Below, one piece after another: positions 1 through 8,733 of a stretch of DNA of 23,718 bases. The position numbers were made by a program, and so were the translations under genes. Origin of the DNA: a bacterium (GTDB lineage Bacteria > Arandabacterota > Arandabacteria > Arandabacterales > JALGWA01). Positions within the stretch are counted from its first letter, which is position 1, and every line of letters starts with the position of its first letter. The stretch spans positions 1-23,718 of the forward strand of contig JASFEA010000032.1 of NCBI GenBank assembly GCA_050125095.1, read 5' to 3'. The notes under the pieces are model-generated. The model did no database searches. It saw only the letters and a program-made list of their open reading frames with translations, and was not told the origin of the DNA.

Positions 1-81
1 TACCTCCTCAGGTGTTGCCGTTGACTCCCTAATGACGGGCTATCGCCCTCCAGCATACAATACGCCTGAACCCCCGGTCAA
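1..81 (-). promoter_or_regulatory. Probable promoter and ribosome-binding site of a divergent gene that starts just outside the window
   Basis: Reverse complement of 1-10 is TGAGGAGGTA (strong SD). On the minus strand: TTGACC (81-76), 18-nt spacer, TATGCT (57-52). Confidence 0.45.
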
Positions 82-180
82 ATTCGATTGAGAGTGCATC
101 AAAATGCTGTGCGGGAGAGCGCACGTTTTATTAACTTAATCTCAGGGCGGTCTGTCCCGTACCCGGGCTCGTATTTTATA

Positions 181-209
181 TTGATTTTGGCGCGCGTTTG
201 CGGGATAGT
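181..209 (+). promoter_or_regulatory. sigma70-like promoter of the first operon (MBL lipoprotein + ABC importer)
   Basis: TTGATT (181-186), 17 nt, GATAGT (204-209). AT-rich tract upstream; GGGAGG SD at 225-230 before ATG 239. Confidence 0.5.
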
Positions 210-238
210 CTTCGGAGTGATGAAGGGAGGGAAGTAAG

Positions 239-1498
239 ATGTGGAAACGAGGGGATTTATTACGGGGCGGCCTTCTCACAGGGCTACTGGTCGCTGCTGT
301 GCTCTCGGGCTGCGCCGACCGCGACGAGTCATATTACGAGCCCGACCTGACCCCGCCGCAGGTGGGATCGCTCACGGAGGATGGCGGGCAGGTTTCCTGG
401 CAGACTGACGAGAACGCTACTTGCGTACTCACTTATGGCTCAAGAAGCGGGACATATGACCACTATGCCTATCACGTCATGGACGGGGGCCTGTCCCATT
501 ACGTGGACCTCATAGACATCGAGCCGGGCACGTATTATTTCCGGGTCATCGCCACCGACCCCGCGGGGAACGAGTCCACCGCGCCCGAGACGTCCATGGT
601 GATTGCGGAAGTCCCGGATACGGAAGACCTGCGGTACACGGCGGTCGATGTCGGCTGGGGCGACTGCCACTTTCTCGAGTTTCCCGGAGGGACCACTGTT
701 CTGGTGGACGCCGCAAATGACGGTGCCTATAGCGGAACGGACCACAGGGCGGACGTCGACGCGTTCCTCCTGGCCAGTGGGATAAAAGGGCCTTCGGGCA
801 TCGACTATATGGTCGCAACCCACGCACATCGCGACCACTACGGCGGCTTCATAAGTCTCCTGCCGCGTTTCTCCGACACCTATTTCATGTGGCCGGACGA
901 TCCCGCGGACCCCTTCCCGCTTGAGCTCACCAGTCTCATCACGGATTACGACATACCGTCGTGCACGCTCGTCACGGGCATGTCAAGCGACACCGAGGCC
1001 TTCCTCGACTGGGACCCGGCGCACGGAGTGGAGGTGACGGTATTCAGCTCGGGCGCGGGCAAATACATGACAAGCGGTCAGTCCGGCAGCACCGGCAATA
1101 ACGACTCGGTGGTTCTCAAGATAACCTACGGCGAGGTGGATATATTGCTTTGCGCGGACGCCGAGTTTTTCGTGGAGCAGAGGACGATCAAGGCCTTCGG
1201 TGCCGAAGTGTCAGCCGAGGTCTTCAAAGTCGGGCATCACGGAAACGACGACGCCACGTCGGAGGAGTGGCTACATTACCTGAAGGCGCGAGTCGGATTT
1301 ATCTCCAACTCGCTTTACGATAATGACGGCGTTTTCGACCAGAGTGTGATAAATCTCCTTCTCGACCATAAAGTCGACTACTACGTGACCGACAGGGCTT
1401 ACCGTAACGCGGGGCGGAAGGACGCCGCCGACCACGGTAATCTTACCATCACAACCGACGGTGAGACCTACACGGTTATGGCCTGGAGTTCCAGCTAG
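239..1498 (+). CDS. Lipoprotein with N-terminal FN3/Ig-like domain and ComEC/Rec2-type metallo-beta-lactamase-fold hydrolase (putative nuclease/phosphodiesterase)
   Basis: Lipobox LSGC after a hydrophobic stretch. FN3-like VSWQTD...YYFRVIATDPAGN. MBL motifs DVGWGD, THAHRDHYGG (HxHxDH), NNDSVVLKITYG, ADAE, KVGHHG. SD GGGAGG. Confidence 0.88.
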   Translation: MWKRGDLLRGGLLTGLLVAAVLSGCADRDESYYEPDLTPPQVGSLTEDGGQVSWQTDENATCVLTYGSRSGTYDHYAYHVMDGGLSHYVDLIDIEPGTYYFRVIATDPAGNESTAPETSMVIAEVPDTEDLRYTAVDVGWGDCHFLEFPGGTTVLVDAANDGAYSGTDHRADVDAFLLASGIKGPSGIDYMVATHAHRDHYGGFISLLPRFSDTYFMWPDDPADPFPLELTSLITDYDIPSCTLVTGMSSDTEAFLDWDPAHGVEVTVFSSGAGKYMTSGQSGSTGNNDSVVLKITYGEVDILLCADAEFFVEQRTIKAFGAEVSAEVFKVGHHGNDDATSEEWLHYLKARVGFISNSLYDNDGVFDQSVINLLLDHKVDYYVTDRAYRNAGRKDAADHGNLTITTDGETYTVMAWSSS

Positions 1499-1508
1499 AA
1501 GCAGATCG

Positions 1509-2510
1509 GTGGTGGATTTGCAGAAGGGCGAACGCAAGGCAGCGGCCGCATCCTGGCGAGAGAGCAAGTGGAAAAAGCTTGCGCGCGGCCTGGCCTATAT
1601 CGCCCCCGCAGGCATCATCATAATAGTATTCCGCGTGCTGCCCATAATCGCGGCGTTCGCCGTCAGTTTCTACTATGTCATGATGGGCAAGATCGTGGGC
1701 TTTGCGGGTCTTTCCCAGTACGCCATGCTCTTCCGCGACAGCGAATTCTGGAATGCGCTGCTCAATACCTCATATTTCGTAATCGGCACGGTTCCGCTGA
1801 GTCTCTTCATCTCGCTTTTCATCGCCAATCTCCTCAACCAGAAGATAAAGGGCCTGGGTGTTTACAGGACGCTTTATTTCCTCCCGGTGGTCACGTCACT
1901 GGTGGCCGTCGCGATGGTCTGGAAGTGGATCTACCACCCGCGTCTCGGGCTTCTCAATTACCTCATCAGCCTGGTGGGCATGTCGCCCAAGATGTGGCTT
2001 GAGGAGCCTCAGGGGATATTCAGCATGATGGCGGGAAGCGCGGGCCTGACGCTGCCCGTCTGGGCGGCCGGGCCGAGCCTGGCGCTGGTCGCGCTCATTA
2101 TCACCAATCTCTGGAGGGGACTGGGATACAACATCATCATCTTCCTGGCGGGCCTTCAGAACATCCCCGGGGAGTATTACGAGGCCGCCAAGATCGATGG
2201 GGCGAACAGGTGGCACATGTTCTGGAAGATAACCTGGCCGCTCATATCCCCCGTGACCTTCTATGTCGTGATCATGACAACGATCGTGTCCTTCCAGGTG
2301 TTCACGCTTGTCTACCTTATGACGGGGAGCCCGCCCGGCGGCCCGCTGGGGAAGACCAAGGTCCTGGTCTACTACATATTCGAAAAGGGATTCGAGTCGG
2401 GAGGAGACATGGGTTACGCGAGTTGCGTTGCCCTGGTGCTCTTCGGCATAGTGCTCGCGCTCACTCTCGTGCAGCGCAAGATAATAGAGAAGAGGGTCCA
2501 CTACAATTAG
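1509..2510 (+). CDS. CUT1-family ABC transporter permease (UgpA/MalF-like); start uncertain (GTG 1509/1512 or TTG 1518)
   Basis: Multiple TM helices; EAA loop LAGLQNIPGEYYEAAKIDGAN. The ORF-track start at 1461 overlaps the upstream gene, so a later start is preferred. Confidence 0.92.
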   Translation: MVDLQKGERKAAAASWRESKWKKLARGLAYIAPAGIIIIVFRVLPIIAAFAVSFYYVMMGKIVGFAGLSQYAMLFRDSEFWNALLNTSYFVIGTVPLSLFISLFIANLLNQKIKGLGVYRTLYFLPVVTSLVAVAMVWKWIYHPRLGLLNYLISLVGMSPKMWLEEPQGIFSMMAGSAGLTLPVWAAGPSLALVALIITNLWRGLGYNIIIFLAGLQNIPGEYYEAAKIDGANRWHMFWKITWPLISPVTFYVVIMTTIVSFQVFTLVYLMTGSPPGGPLGKTKVLVYYIFEKGFESGGDMGYASCVALVLFGIVLALTLVQRKIIEKRVHYN

Positions 2511-2522
2511 GAGTCGACAAGT

Positions 2523-3341
2523 TTGTACAGGCTGAGGAACATACCGGTTCACGTGCTCGTGATCATCGGGGCGGCCTCCATGATATTGCCGTTCTTCTGG
2601 ATGGTCAGCACGTCTTTCAAAACCCCGCAGGAGATATTCCTCTTCCCGCCCACGTGGGTAGCCCAGAATCCCACCGTGAGTAACTACGTGCAGGCCTGGA
2701 GCGAAGTGCCGTTTCCGAGATACTTCCTCAATACCGTCATTATCGCCGCGTGCATGGTAGCAGGCGTGATTGTAACGTCGTGCCTGGCGGCCTACGCCTT
2801 CGCCAAATTCGATTTCCCGGGGCGGGAAACCCTCTTCATTACAATGCTCTCGATGATGATCGTGCCGCAGGCGGTATACCTCGTTCCGTCATTCATAATC
2901 GTGTCGGCGCTTGGCTGGATGGACACTTACATGGCCCTGATTGTGCCCTGGCTTGCGCAGATATTCTCCATCTTCCTCCTGCGCCAGCAGTTCAGGTCCA
3001 TACCCAATGACTATTACGATGCCGCCCTCATAGACGGGTGCAGCCGCCTGGGCTTCCTGTGGAGGATACTGGTCCCGCTGTCGAAACCCACCATCGTCAC
3101 CATCGGGCTATTTGCGCTTCTGGGGTCATGGAACTCCTTCATCTGGCCCCTCATCATGACCAACAGCGACACGCTCAGGCCCATACAGGTCGGGCTTTCG
3201 TATTTCGCCCAGGAGCAGGGCACCGAGCACGGACTCATGATGGCCGCCGCGACCTTCTGCGTCGCGCCGGTCGTAATCATATACTTCTTCGCCCAGAAAC
3301 AGGTGATAGAGAGCTATGCGAAAAGCGGTATCAAGGGCTAG
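2523..3341 (+). CDS. CUT1-family ABC transporter permease (UgpE/MalG-like)
   Basis: PFFWMVSTSFK, AAYAFAKFDFPGR, EAA loop IPNDYYDAALIDG, WNSFIWPLI. TTG start with AGGAG at 2509-2513. Confidence 0.94.
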   Translation: MYRLRNIPVHVLVIIGAASMILPFFWMVSTSFKTPQEIFLFPPTWVAQNPTVSNYVQAWSEVPFPRYFLNTVIIAACMVAGVIVTSCLAAYAFAKFDFPGRETLFITMLSMMIVPQAVYLVPSFIIVSALGWMDTYMALIVPWLAQIFSIFLLRQQFRSIPNDYYDAALIDGCSRLGFLWRILVPLSKPTIVTIGLFALLGSWNSFIWPLIMTNSDTLRPIQVGLSYFAQEQGTEHGLMMAAATFCVAPVVIIYFFAQKQVIESYAKSGIKG

Positions 3342-4641
3342 CGCGGTAATCCTGGCGGCGCTCCTCATCTTAGCCGCCCTGTTGGGCGGTTGCGGCAGGA
3401 GGGCCGGAAGGGACGGCGTCGTGGAGGTCACCTTCTGGCACGGCATGGGCGGCCCGCTTGGCAGGGTCCTCAACCAGCTCATCGACGAGTTCAATGAAAC
3501 CCATGAGGGTATCTACGTGAACTCCGTCTCGATGGGCAGGTACACCGCGCTCAGCCAGAAGATCATGGCCGCTGTCGCCGCCGGCAAACCGCCGACGATG
3601 GCCCAGGCATATGAGAACTGGACCATCGAGCTCATTCTCTCCGGGAGCATCATGCCAATACAGGATTTCGTCGACGGGCCCCACGGACTCAGCCAGGAGA
3701 GCCTGGATGACATACTCCCGGTTTTCATTGAGAACAACCAGTGGGACGGCGTGATCTGGTCCTTCCCGTTTAACAAGAGCGTGAGAGCGCTTTACTATAA
3801 TAGGGACCTGTTCGCCGCCTCGGGGCTGGACCCCGACCACCCGCCCGCAGACTGGGATGAATACATCGGTTTCTCGCGGCAGATAACGCGCGATGAAGAC
3901 GGCGACGGGCATCCCGAGATCTGGGGAACTTCGGGCCAGGTGACCGTCTGGATGTTCGGGAACCTCCTCATCCAGGACGGCGGCGAGTGGCTGGACGAGA
4001 GCGGCGAGCAGGTGGCTTTCAATTCGCGGCACGGAGTTAACGCGCTCACGTTCCAGAGGGACCTGCTGGTAGGCGACGCCGGTTTCATCACGCAGGGATT
4101 CGAATACCAGAACGACTTTCTCGCGGGCAAGGTGGGAATGGTGGAGGGCTCCACGGTTTCGGTGGCTTTCATGGAAGGCAAATTCGACTTCGAGCTCGGC
4201 ATCGCCGCGCTTCCACAGGGCAAGAGGCCCGGGGGCACCATAGCGGGAACCAACGTGGTGATATTCGATGGCATACCCGAGGAAGAGCAGCTGGCCGCCT
4301 GGGAGTTCATAAAGTGGTTCACCGATACCGAGCAGACGGCCAAGTGGTCGGCCGGCACATTCTATGTGCCCGTTAGGGCGAGCGCGCTGGAGACCGATCT
4401 TCTCAAGCAGAAATTCATTGACTACCCGGGGCTCCAGGACGCCTACCGCCAGCTCGATTACGCCAGTTTCGAGCCCAAGGTGGCCGGCTGGTACGCCGGC
4501 CGGAGATATCTGGCGGAGCGGGCCATCGAATCGGTATTGAGAGGAGACGCCGACGTCCAGGGGGCGCTGGATAAGGCAGCAAAAAAGGCCGACGCCGAAA
4601 TCGCAAGACTCAAGAGACTTCAGCACAAGCTCGGGCTCTAG
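3316..4641 (+). CDS. ABC transporter substrate-binding lipoprotein, family 1 (UgpB-like)
   Basis: Lipobox LGGC; VTFWHGMGG, SFPFNKS..LYYNRDLF, AAWEFIKWF; directly follows the two permeases. Confidence 0.92.
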   Translation: MRKAVSRASAVILAALLILAALLGGCGRRAGRDGVVEVTFWHGMGGPLGRVLNQLIDEFNETHEGIYVNSVSMGRYTALSQKIMAAVAAGKPPTMAQAYENWTIELILSGSIMPIQDFVDGPHGLSQESLDDILPVFIENNQWDGVIWSFPFNKSVRALYYNRDLFAASGLDPDHPPADWDEYIGFSRQITRDEDGDGHPEIWGTSGQVTVWMFGNLLIQDGGEWLDESGEQVAFNSRHGVNALTFQRDLLVGDAGFITQGFEYQNDFLAGKVGMVEGSTVSVAFMEGKFDFELGIAALPQGKRPGGTIAGTNVVIFDGIPEEEQLAAWEFIKWFTDTEQTAKWSAGTFYVPVRASALETDLLKQKFIDYPGLQDAYRQLDYASFEPKVAGWYAGRRYLAERAIESVLRGDADVQGALDKAAKKADAEIARLKRLQHKLGL

Positions 4642-4682
4642 GTTCAGGGCCAAAAGGTCGGGTCCGGGTTCGTATTTACAGA

Positions 4683-4711
4683 TTGACCTTCACGCCTTGA
4701 TGGATTAGCAT
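4683..4711 (+). promoter_or_regulatory. sigma70-like promoter of the second operon (4736-15112)
   Basis: TTGACC (4683-4688), 17 nt, TAGCAT (4706-4711). AAGGGA SD at 4722-4727 before TTG 4736. Confidence 0.6.
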
Positions 4712-4735
4712 TGACTCTCTTAAGGGAGTGCCGCT

Positions 4736-5800
4736 TTGAAGTCACTAGTGTCCATAATATGCTTCGCAATACTCCTCGCCCTGATTGCGGTTCCGCTGCA
4801 GTCGCCGCGCGCAGAGACCATCTGCCAGGTCCAGGACTGGGAACCTGCCACGGGATTCTCTCCGTACGAGGGCCAGACAGTTGAGGTGACGGGCTATGTG
4901 ACGGTCGGGCCCGGAATCTTCCAGGAGATGTATACATCAATCTACGTGGTGGGCGTTGGTGCCGATGACTGCGGCATAAACGTGTTCAGTTTCGAACCCG
5001 CCACTGGTCTCGAACTCGGGGATAAGATAAGGGTCACCGGTCTCGTTGAGGAGTATGTCTCCACTTCCGGATACGGGGCGGTAACCGAGCTCACGTTCAC
5101 CGATCCTTCGGCGCTGGTGATAGTTGAGAAGGGCGACGGCACTTCCCCGCCGCCGGTACATATGTCGACGGGCGGCGTCAGCCACGAGTCCAATGAGGGC
5201 AAGCTCGTGACGGTCACAGCAGTCGTTGTGAGCGCGTTTGTGGGCAGGGATTTCATGATCGACGACGGGACGGGCGCAATCGAGGTGTTCGACCGGGGTG
5301 AGAACTTCTACACATCGGATCCCGTCTGGCTGAGCCTCTCGTACGGGGATGAGGTCGTGATCACCGGCATAGTGTCCCAGTCCGACCCCGACATGCCATA
5401 TCTCAGCGAATACAGCATAATGCCCCGCAGCCCGGAGCCACCGTATAACGATGTGGTGAAGAAAGAGTGCATTCCGGGCGGTTCCTCGGGGGCCGAGCTC
5501 AAGGTATCGAGCGGGATCTTCGCCCCGAGCATTGGCGAGACCGTGACCATAGAGTACAACTGCCCGCACGGGGGCAGGATGCAGCTCCGGATTTTCGACG
5601 GCAGTGGCAGGCTGTCCGCGACGCTGTTTGACGGCCTCTCCGTCTGCGGCGAGCGGACCATGGTGTGGGACGGCCGGAACGAGGTCTGGGAGGCATTGCC
5701 CGTCGGGCTCTACCTCATAACGCTTACATGCGAAGACCCCGAGACCGGGAACGAGAGCATGGAAACCGTGCCCATCGTCATTGGGAGGGAGCTCAGGTGA
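4736..5800 (+). CDS. Secreted protein: paired OB-fold module + FlgD-Ig/T9SS-like C-terminal domain
   Basis: Signal peptide. ICQVQ...SPYEGQTVEVTGYVT, GDKIRVTGLVEEY..TEL, EGKLVTV, IDDGTGAI resemble YhcR/ExeM-type OB folds. CTD LRIFDGSGRL...WDGRN...GLYLI. Confidence 0.75.
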   Translation: MKSLVSIICFAILLALIAVPLQSPRAETICQVQDWEPATGFSPYEGQTVEVTGYVTVGPGIFQEMYTSIYVVGVGADDCGINVFSFEPATGLELGDKIRVTGLVEEYVSTSGYGAVTELTFTDPSALVIVEKGDGTSPPPVHMSTGGVSHESNEGKLVTVTAVVVSAFVGRDFMIDDGTGAIEVFDRGENFYTSDPVWLSLSYGDEVVITGIVSQSDPDMPYLSEYSIMPRSPEPPYNDVVKKECIPGGSSGAELKVSSGIFAPSIGETVTIEYNCPHGGRMQLRIFDGSGRLSATLFDGLSVCGERTMVWDGRNEVWEALPVGLYLITLTCEDPETGNESMETVPIVIGRELR

Positions 5801-8721
5801 AGCGGAGCCATATCATAGTCGCCCTCTGCTTCTGCCTGGTTGCGGCTGCGGCGCAGGTGTACGGCGATACCATTGCCGAGGTCAAGGAGATCAACGCGAG
5901 TGGCCTTCCCGTGAAGTTGGGGCAGATAGTGGACGTCTCCGGAACCGTCACTGTCGCCAACGGTACCTTCAACGACCGCGACCTCGACATACATATTCAG
6001 GACGAAACGGGCGGGATTTATGTCTCTCTGAGAAACGGCGTCTACATTGATGCCCGCCTGGGCGACAGCGTGGTGGTGACAGGCCTGGTAGACCAGGAGG
6101 GCAGGACGCCCAGAAGGAACCACACCAAGCTGTCGCTGCTCTCCGCCGATGGCATACAGGTTGTAGGAGAAGCGGCTTTCCCGGTCCCGATCGTGGTGAC
6201 GGCGGCCGAGCTGGCACAGCCGGCCCAGCCTCCTCTCGAGCAGTACGAAGGCCGGCTCGTCAGAGTCGAGGGCCTGAGCATAAACCCGGAGGATTGGCCC
6301 ACGGCGCCCGGGGGCGACAAGTGGATCACGGCCACCGACGCCACGGGTTCGCTTCAGATAAGGCTTGATAAGGACACCGACATACCGGGCAGCGAGGCTC
6401 CGAGCGATCCCTTTATAATCATCGGCGTGATCATACAGGATTCGAGCAATCCCCTCACCGGCTATCATGTCTGGCCGCGCTCCAGATACGCGGATTTCCT
6501 CGACATGGGAAACGGGTCGGGCCTGGCGTCCGTAGACCCCGATGTGGTCGAAACGGACGTGGAGGAATTCGACCTCGATGTGACCCTCAAGGGCAACGGC
6601 GTCGACACCATAACGGCGTTCGAGATCGGCCTTCCGCTCGATGACGGCTGGGGCTGGGAGCTGTACCAGGACAACCTGTCACTCTCCGGGCCGGGACTTG
6701 AAGGTGTGACTTGGGTCGAGATCACTGACTCGGGCGTCATCGTGCGAGGGGCCGAGATACTCGATGAAGCTTCATACGGCACGGTGACCTTCGAGGGCAT
6801 GACTCCCCCTGCGCGCGTTGTCAACTCGACGGTCGAGATCTCGACGTCGGTGGACGGCGAAACATTCGATACCATTTCAAGCAATCCCGTTATTGGGTCG
6901 CTGCTCCCGCTCGCGGACGTAGTGGTGAATGAGGTCTACCCCGACGACGGGACGACCTCGTCGAGCAGCGCTTTCATAGAGCTTAAGAACCGGAGCGGCT
7001 GGACTGCGCATCTGGAAGGTTTCACATTGAGCGATCTTAAGACCGCCGCGCATTGCAGTCCTGTGGCCCGGCTCACCTTCGGGGCTTCGGACAGCATATC
7101 GCCAGGCGGTTATCTCGTAATCGCCGAATCGGAGGCGGGCTTTGAGGAGAGGTTCGGCTCGCCGCCGGACATAGGTGCCGGGATCAGCCCTCTGGGCCGG
7201 GTCGGCGGCGACGGAGCCAGTGTGGCCGGGGTGGACGCATATGAGGTCGTGGCGCTCTGGCGCGGCGCGGTCTCCGGCCAGATGGTCGACCACTGCGAAT
7301 ACAAATCGCCGCTCATCGTGCTTAAGGACATATGCATCGGCGTCGGGGGTGACAACGACGCGTTCCCGATCGTGCCGCCGGTCGGCTACTCCCTGGCGAG
7401 GGATGAAGAAGCGGATGACGTGGGAGCGTCGGACATTGACTTCATCATGAGCTCCGAGCCCACACCGGGCGAGGAGAACGTGCCTGAAGACAGCGCTCCC
7501 CCCGAGATCGAGGAAGTCGTCATGTTCTCTCTGGACGTTGTCGAGGTGCGATTCAACGAGCCCTGTGACAGCGTGGCGCTGGCGGATCCGTCGGCCTATT
7601 ACATGAACGGCGAGGAGCCAGTGGCGGTGTATGTCGCCCTGACGCTGCAGAAGGTGGCGCTCCTCTTTGAAGGTTTCGAGTCGGGCATACCAGCGACTTT
7701 GACCGTCACCGAGATGGTGGATATCGCAGGCAATACAGCGGAAAATCTCATGTTTGAGTTCACCACATCCGGGAGTCCGGCCACGCGCATCTGCCAGGTG
7801 CAGGAGTTTGACGAGAAGGGCTTCTCTCCCATGCGGGGCGATATAGTCTCGGTGATCGGCTTTATCACCGTGCCTCAGGGCGTGTTCCAGTCTCAGTACA
7901 ATTCCATATATATCCAGGGCCTGGACGGCTGCGGCGTGAACGTTTTCTCCTACGACCCGCCGTCCCCCAACCCCGGTGCCGGCTACCTGGTGAAAGTGAC
8001 CGGAGAGGTCGAGGAGTACGTGTCGGGCACGGCCGGGGCGACAACGGAGCTCTACATGGGATCGCCGAACGCGGAGGTTCTGCTGTCGGGATTCTATCCT
8101 GTGCCGGACGCGGTCGTCATGAAGACGGGTGAGATCGGCCATGAGTCCAATGAGGGCAAGCTGATTGCCACGGAGGGCGCCATTGTCAGCGCCAATGACT
8201 TCGGTTTCTACGTGAACGATGGCTCGGGGGGAATTCAGGTTTACCAGAACTACACAGATATTGACTACTCGCAATTCCGCGTCGGCATGTACGTGAAGGT
8301 CCAGGGGGTTATCCTTCAGTACGACCGCACGATACCCTTCCTGGACGGCTACGAGCTCGTGCCGCGCCGGGACAGCGACATCATAGTCGTCGAAGAAGCC
8401 TACCCCGGGGAAGCCTTGCTCGATGTCGAGCCGCGGGTCTTCTGCCCTTCATGCGGGGAATATGGATTCACAGTCAGATTCTCCGCGCCGCAGGCGGCCC
8501 AGGTGACCCTAAGGATATTCGACGGCAAGGGCCGGCTCGTAAAGACGCTTTTCAGCGGGCTCAGCGTCGGCGAAGGCGAGAAGGTTTGGGACGGGCTCCA
8601 GCCCGGCGGCGAGCCCGTGGAACCCGGTCTCTATATTTGCTTCCTGGACTCGGTGGAGGAGGGGACCGGCAGAAGGACAACCGACAGCGCGCCTATAGTA
8701 GTGGGTGTTCAGCTTAAATAG
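5797..8721 (+). CDS. Large secreted modular protein: OB-fold pair, Ig-like, lamin-tail domain, Ig-like, OB-fold pair, FlgD-Ig/T9SS-like CTD
   Basis: GTG at 5797 overlaps the upstream stop (GTGA), has a GGGAGG SD and begins a signal peptide (MKRSHIIVALCFCLVAAAAQVYG). LTD motifs VVVNEVYPD..FIELKN..GYLVIA..PTPGEEN. CTD LRIFDGKGRLVKTL..WDG..PGLY. Confidence 0.78.
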   Translation: MKRSHIIVALCFCLVAAAAQVYGDTIAEVKEINASGLPVKLGQIVDVSGTVTVANGTFNDRDLDIHIQDETGGIYVSLRNGVYIDARLGDSVVVTGLVDQEGRTPRRNHTKLSLLSADGIQVVGEAAFPVPIVVTAAELAQPAQPPLEQYEGRLVRVEGLSINPEDWPTAPGGDKWITATDATGSLQIRLDKDTDIPGSEAPSDPFIIIGVIIQDSSNPLTGYHVWPRSRYADFLDMGNGSGLASVDPDVVETDVEEFDLDVTLKGNGVDTITAFEIGLPLDDGWGWELYQDNLSLSGPGLEGVTWVEITDSGVIVRGAEILDEASYGTVTFEGMTPPARVVNSTVEISTSVDGETFDTISSNPVIGSLLPLADVVVNEVYPDDGTTSSSSAFIELKNRSGWTAHLEGFTLSDLKTAAHCSPVARLTFGASDSISPGGYLVIAESEAGFEERFGSPPDIGAGISPLGRVGGDGASVAGVDAYEVVALWRGAVSGQMVDHCEYKSPLIVLKDICIGVGGDNDAFPIVPPVGYSLARDEEADDVGASDIDFIMSSEPTPGEENVPEDSAPPEIEEVVMFSLDVVEVRFNEPCDSVALADPSAYYMNGEEPVAVYVALTLQKVALLFEGFESGIPATLTVTEMVDIAGNTAENLMFEFTTSGSPATRICQVQEFDEKGFSPMRGDIVSVIGFITVPQGVFQSQYNSIYIQGLDGCGVNVFSYDPPSPNPGAGYLVKVTGEVEEYVSGTAGATTELYMGSPNAEVLLSGFYPVPDAVVMKTGEIGHESNEGKLIATEGAIVSANDFGFYVNDGSGGIQVYQNYTDIDYSQFRVGMYVKVQGVILQYDRTIPFLDGYELVPRRDSDIIVVEEAYPGEALLDVEPRVFCPSCGEYGFTVRFSAPQAAQVTLRIFDGKGRLVKTLFSGLSVGEGEKVWDGLQPGGEPVEPGLYICFLDSVEEGTGRRTTDSAPIVVGVQLK

Positions 8722-8733
8722 GAGGCAGGTAAG

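Noticed and set aside
239-1498. Antibiotic-resistance beta-lactamase call for the MBL genes
   Set aside because: Motifs (DVGxGD, NxxSxV, HHG) are of the ComEC/Rec2 subgroup, not class B beta-lactamases.
5665-5796. N-terminal extensions in the ORF track (also 1461, 15409, 16376, 20583)
   Set aside because: They overlap upstream genes or promoters. Later starts fit better, in most cases with an SD and a signal peptide at the N-terminus.
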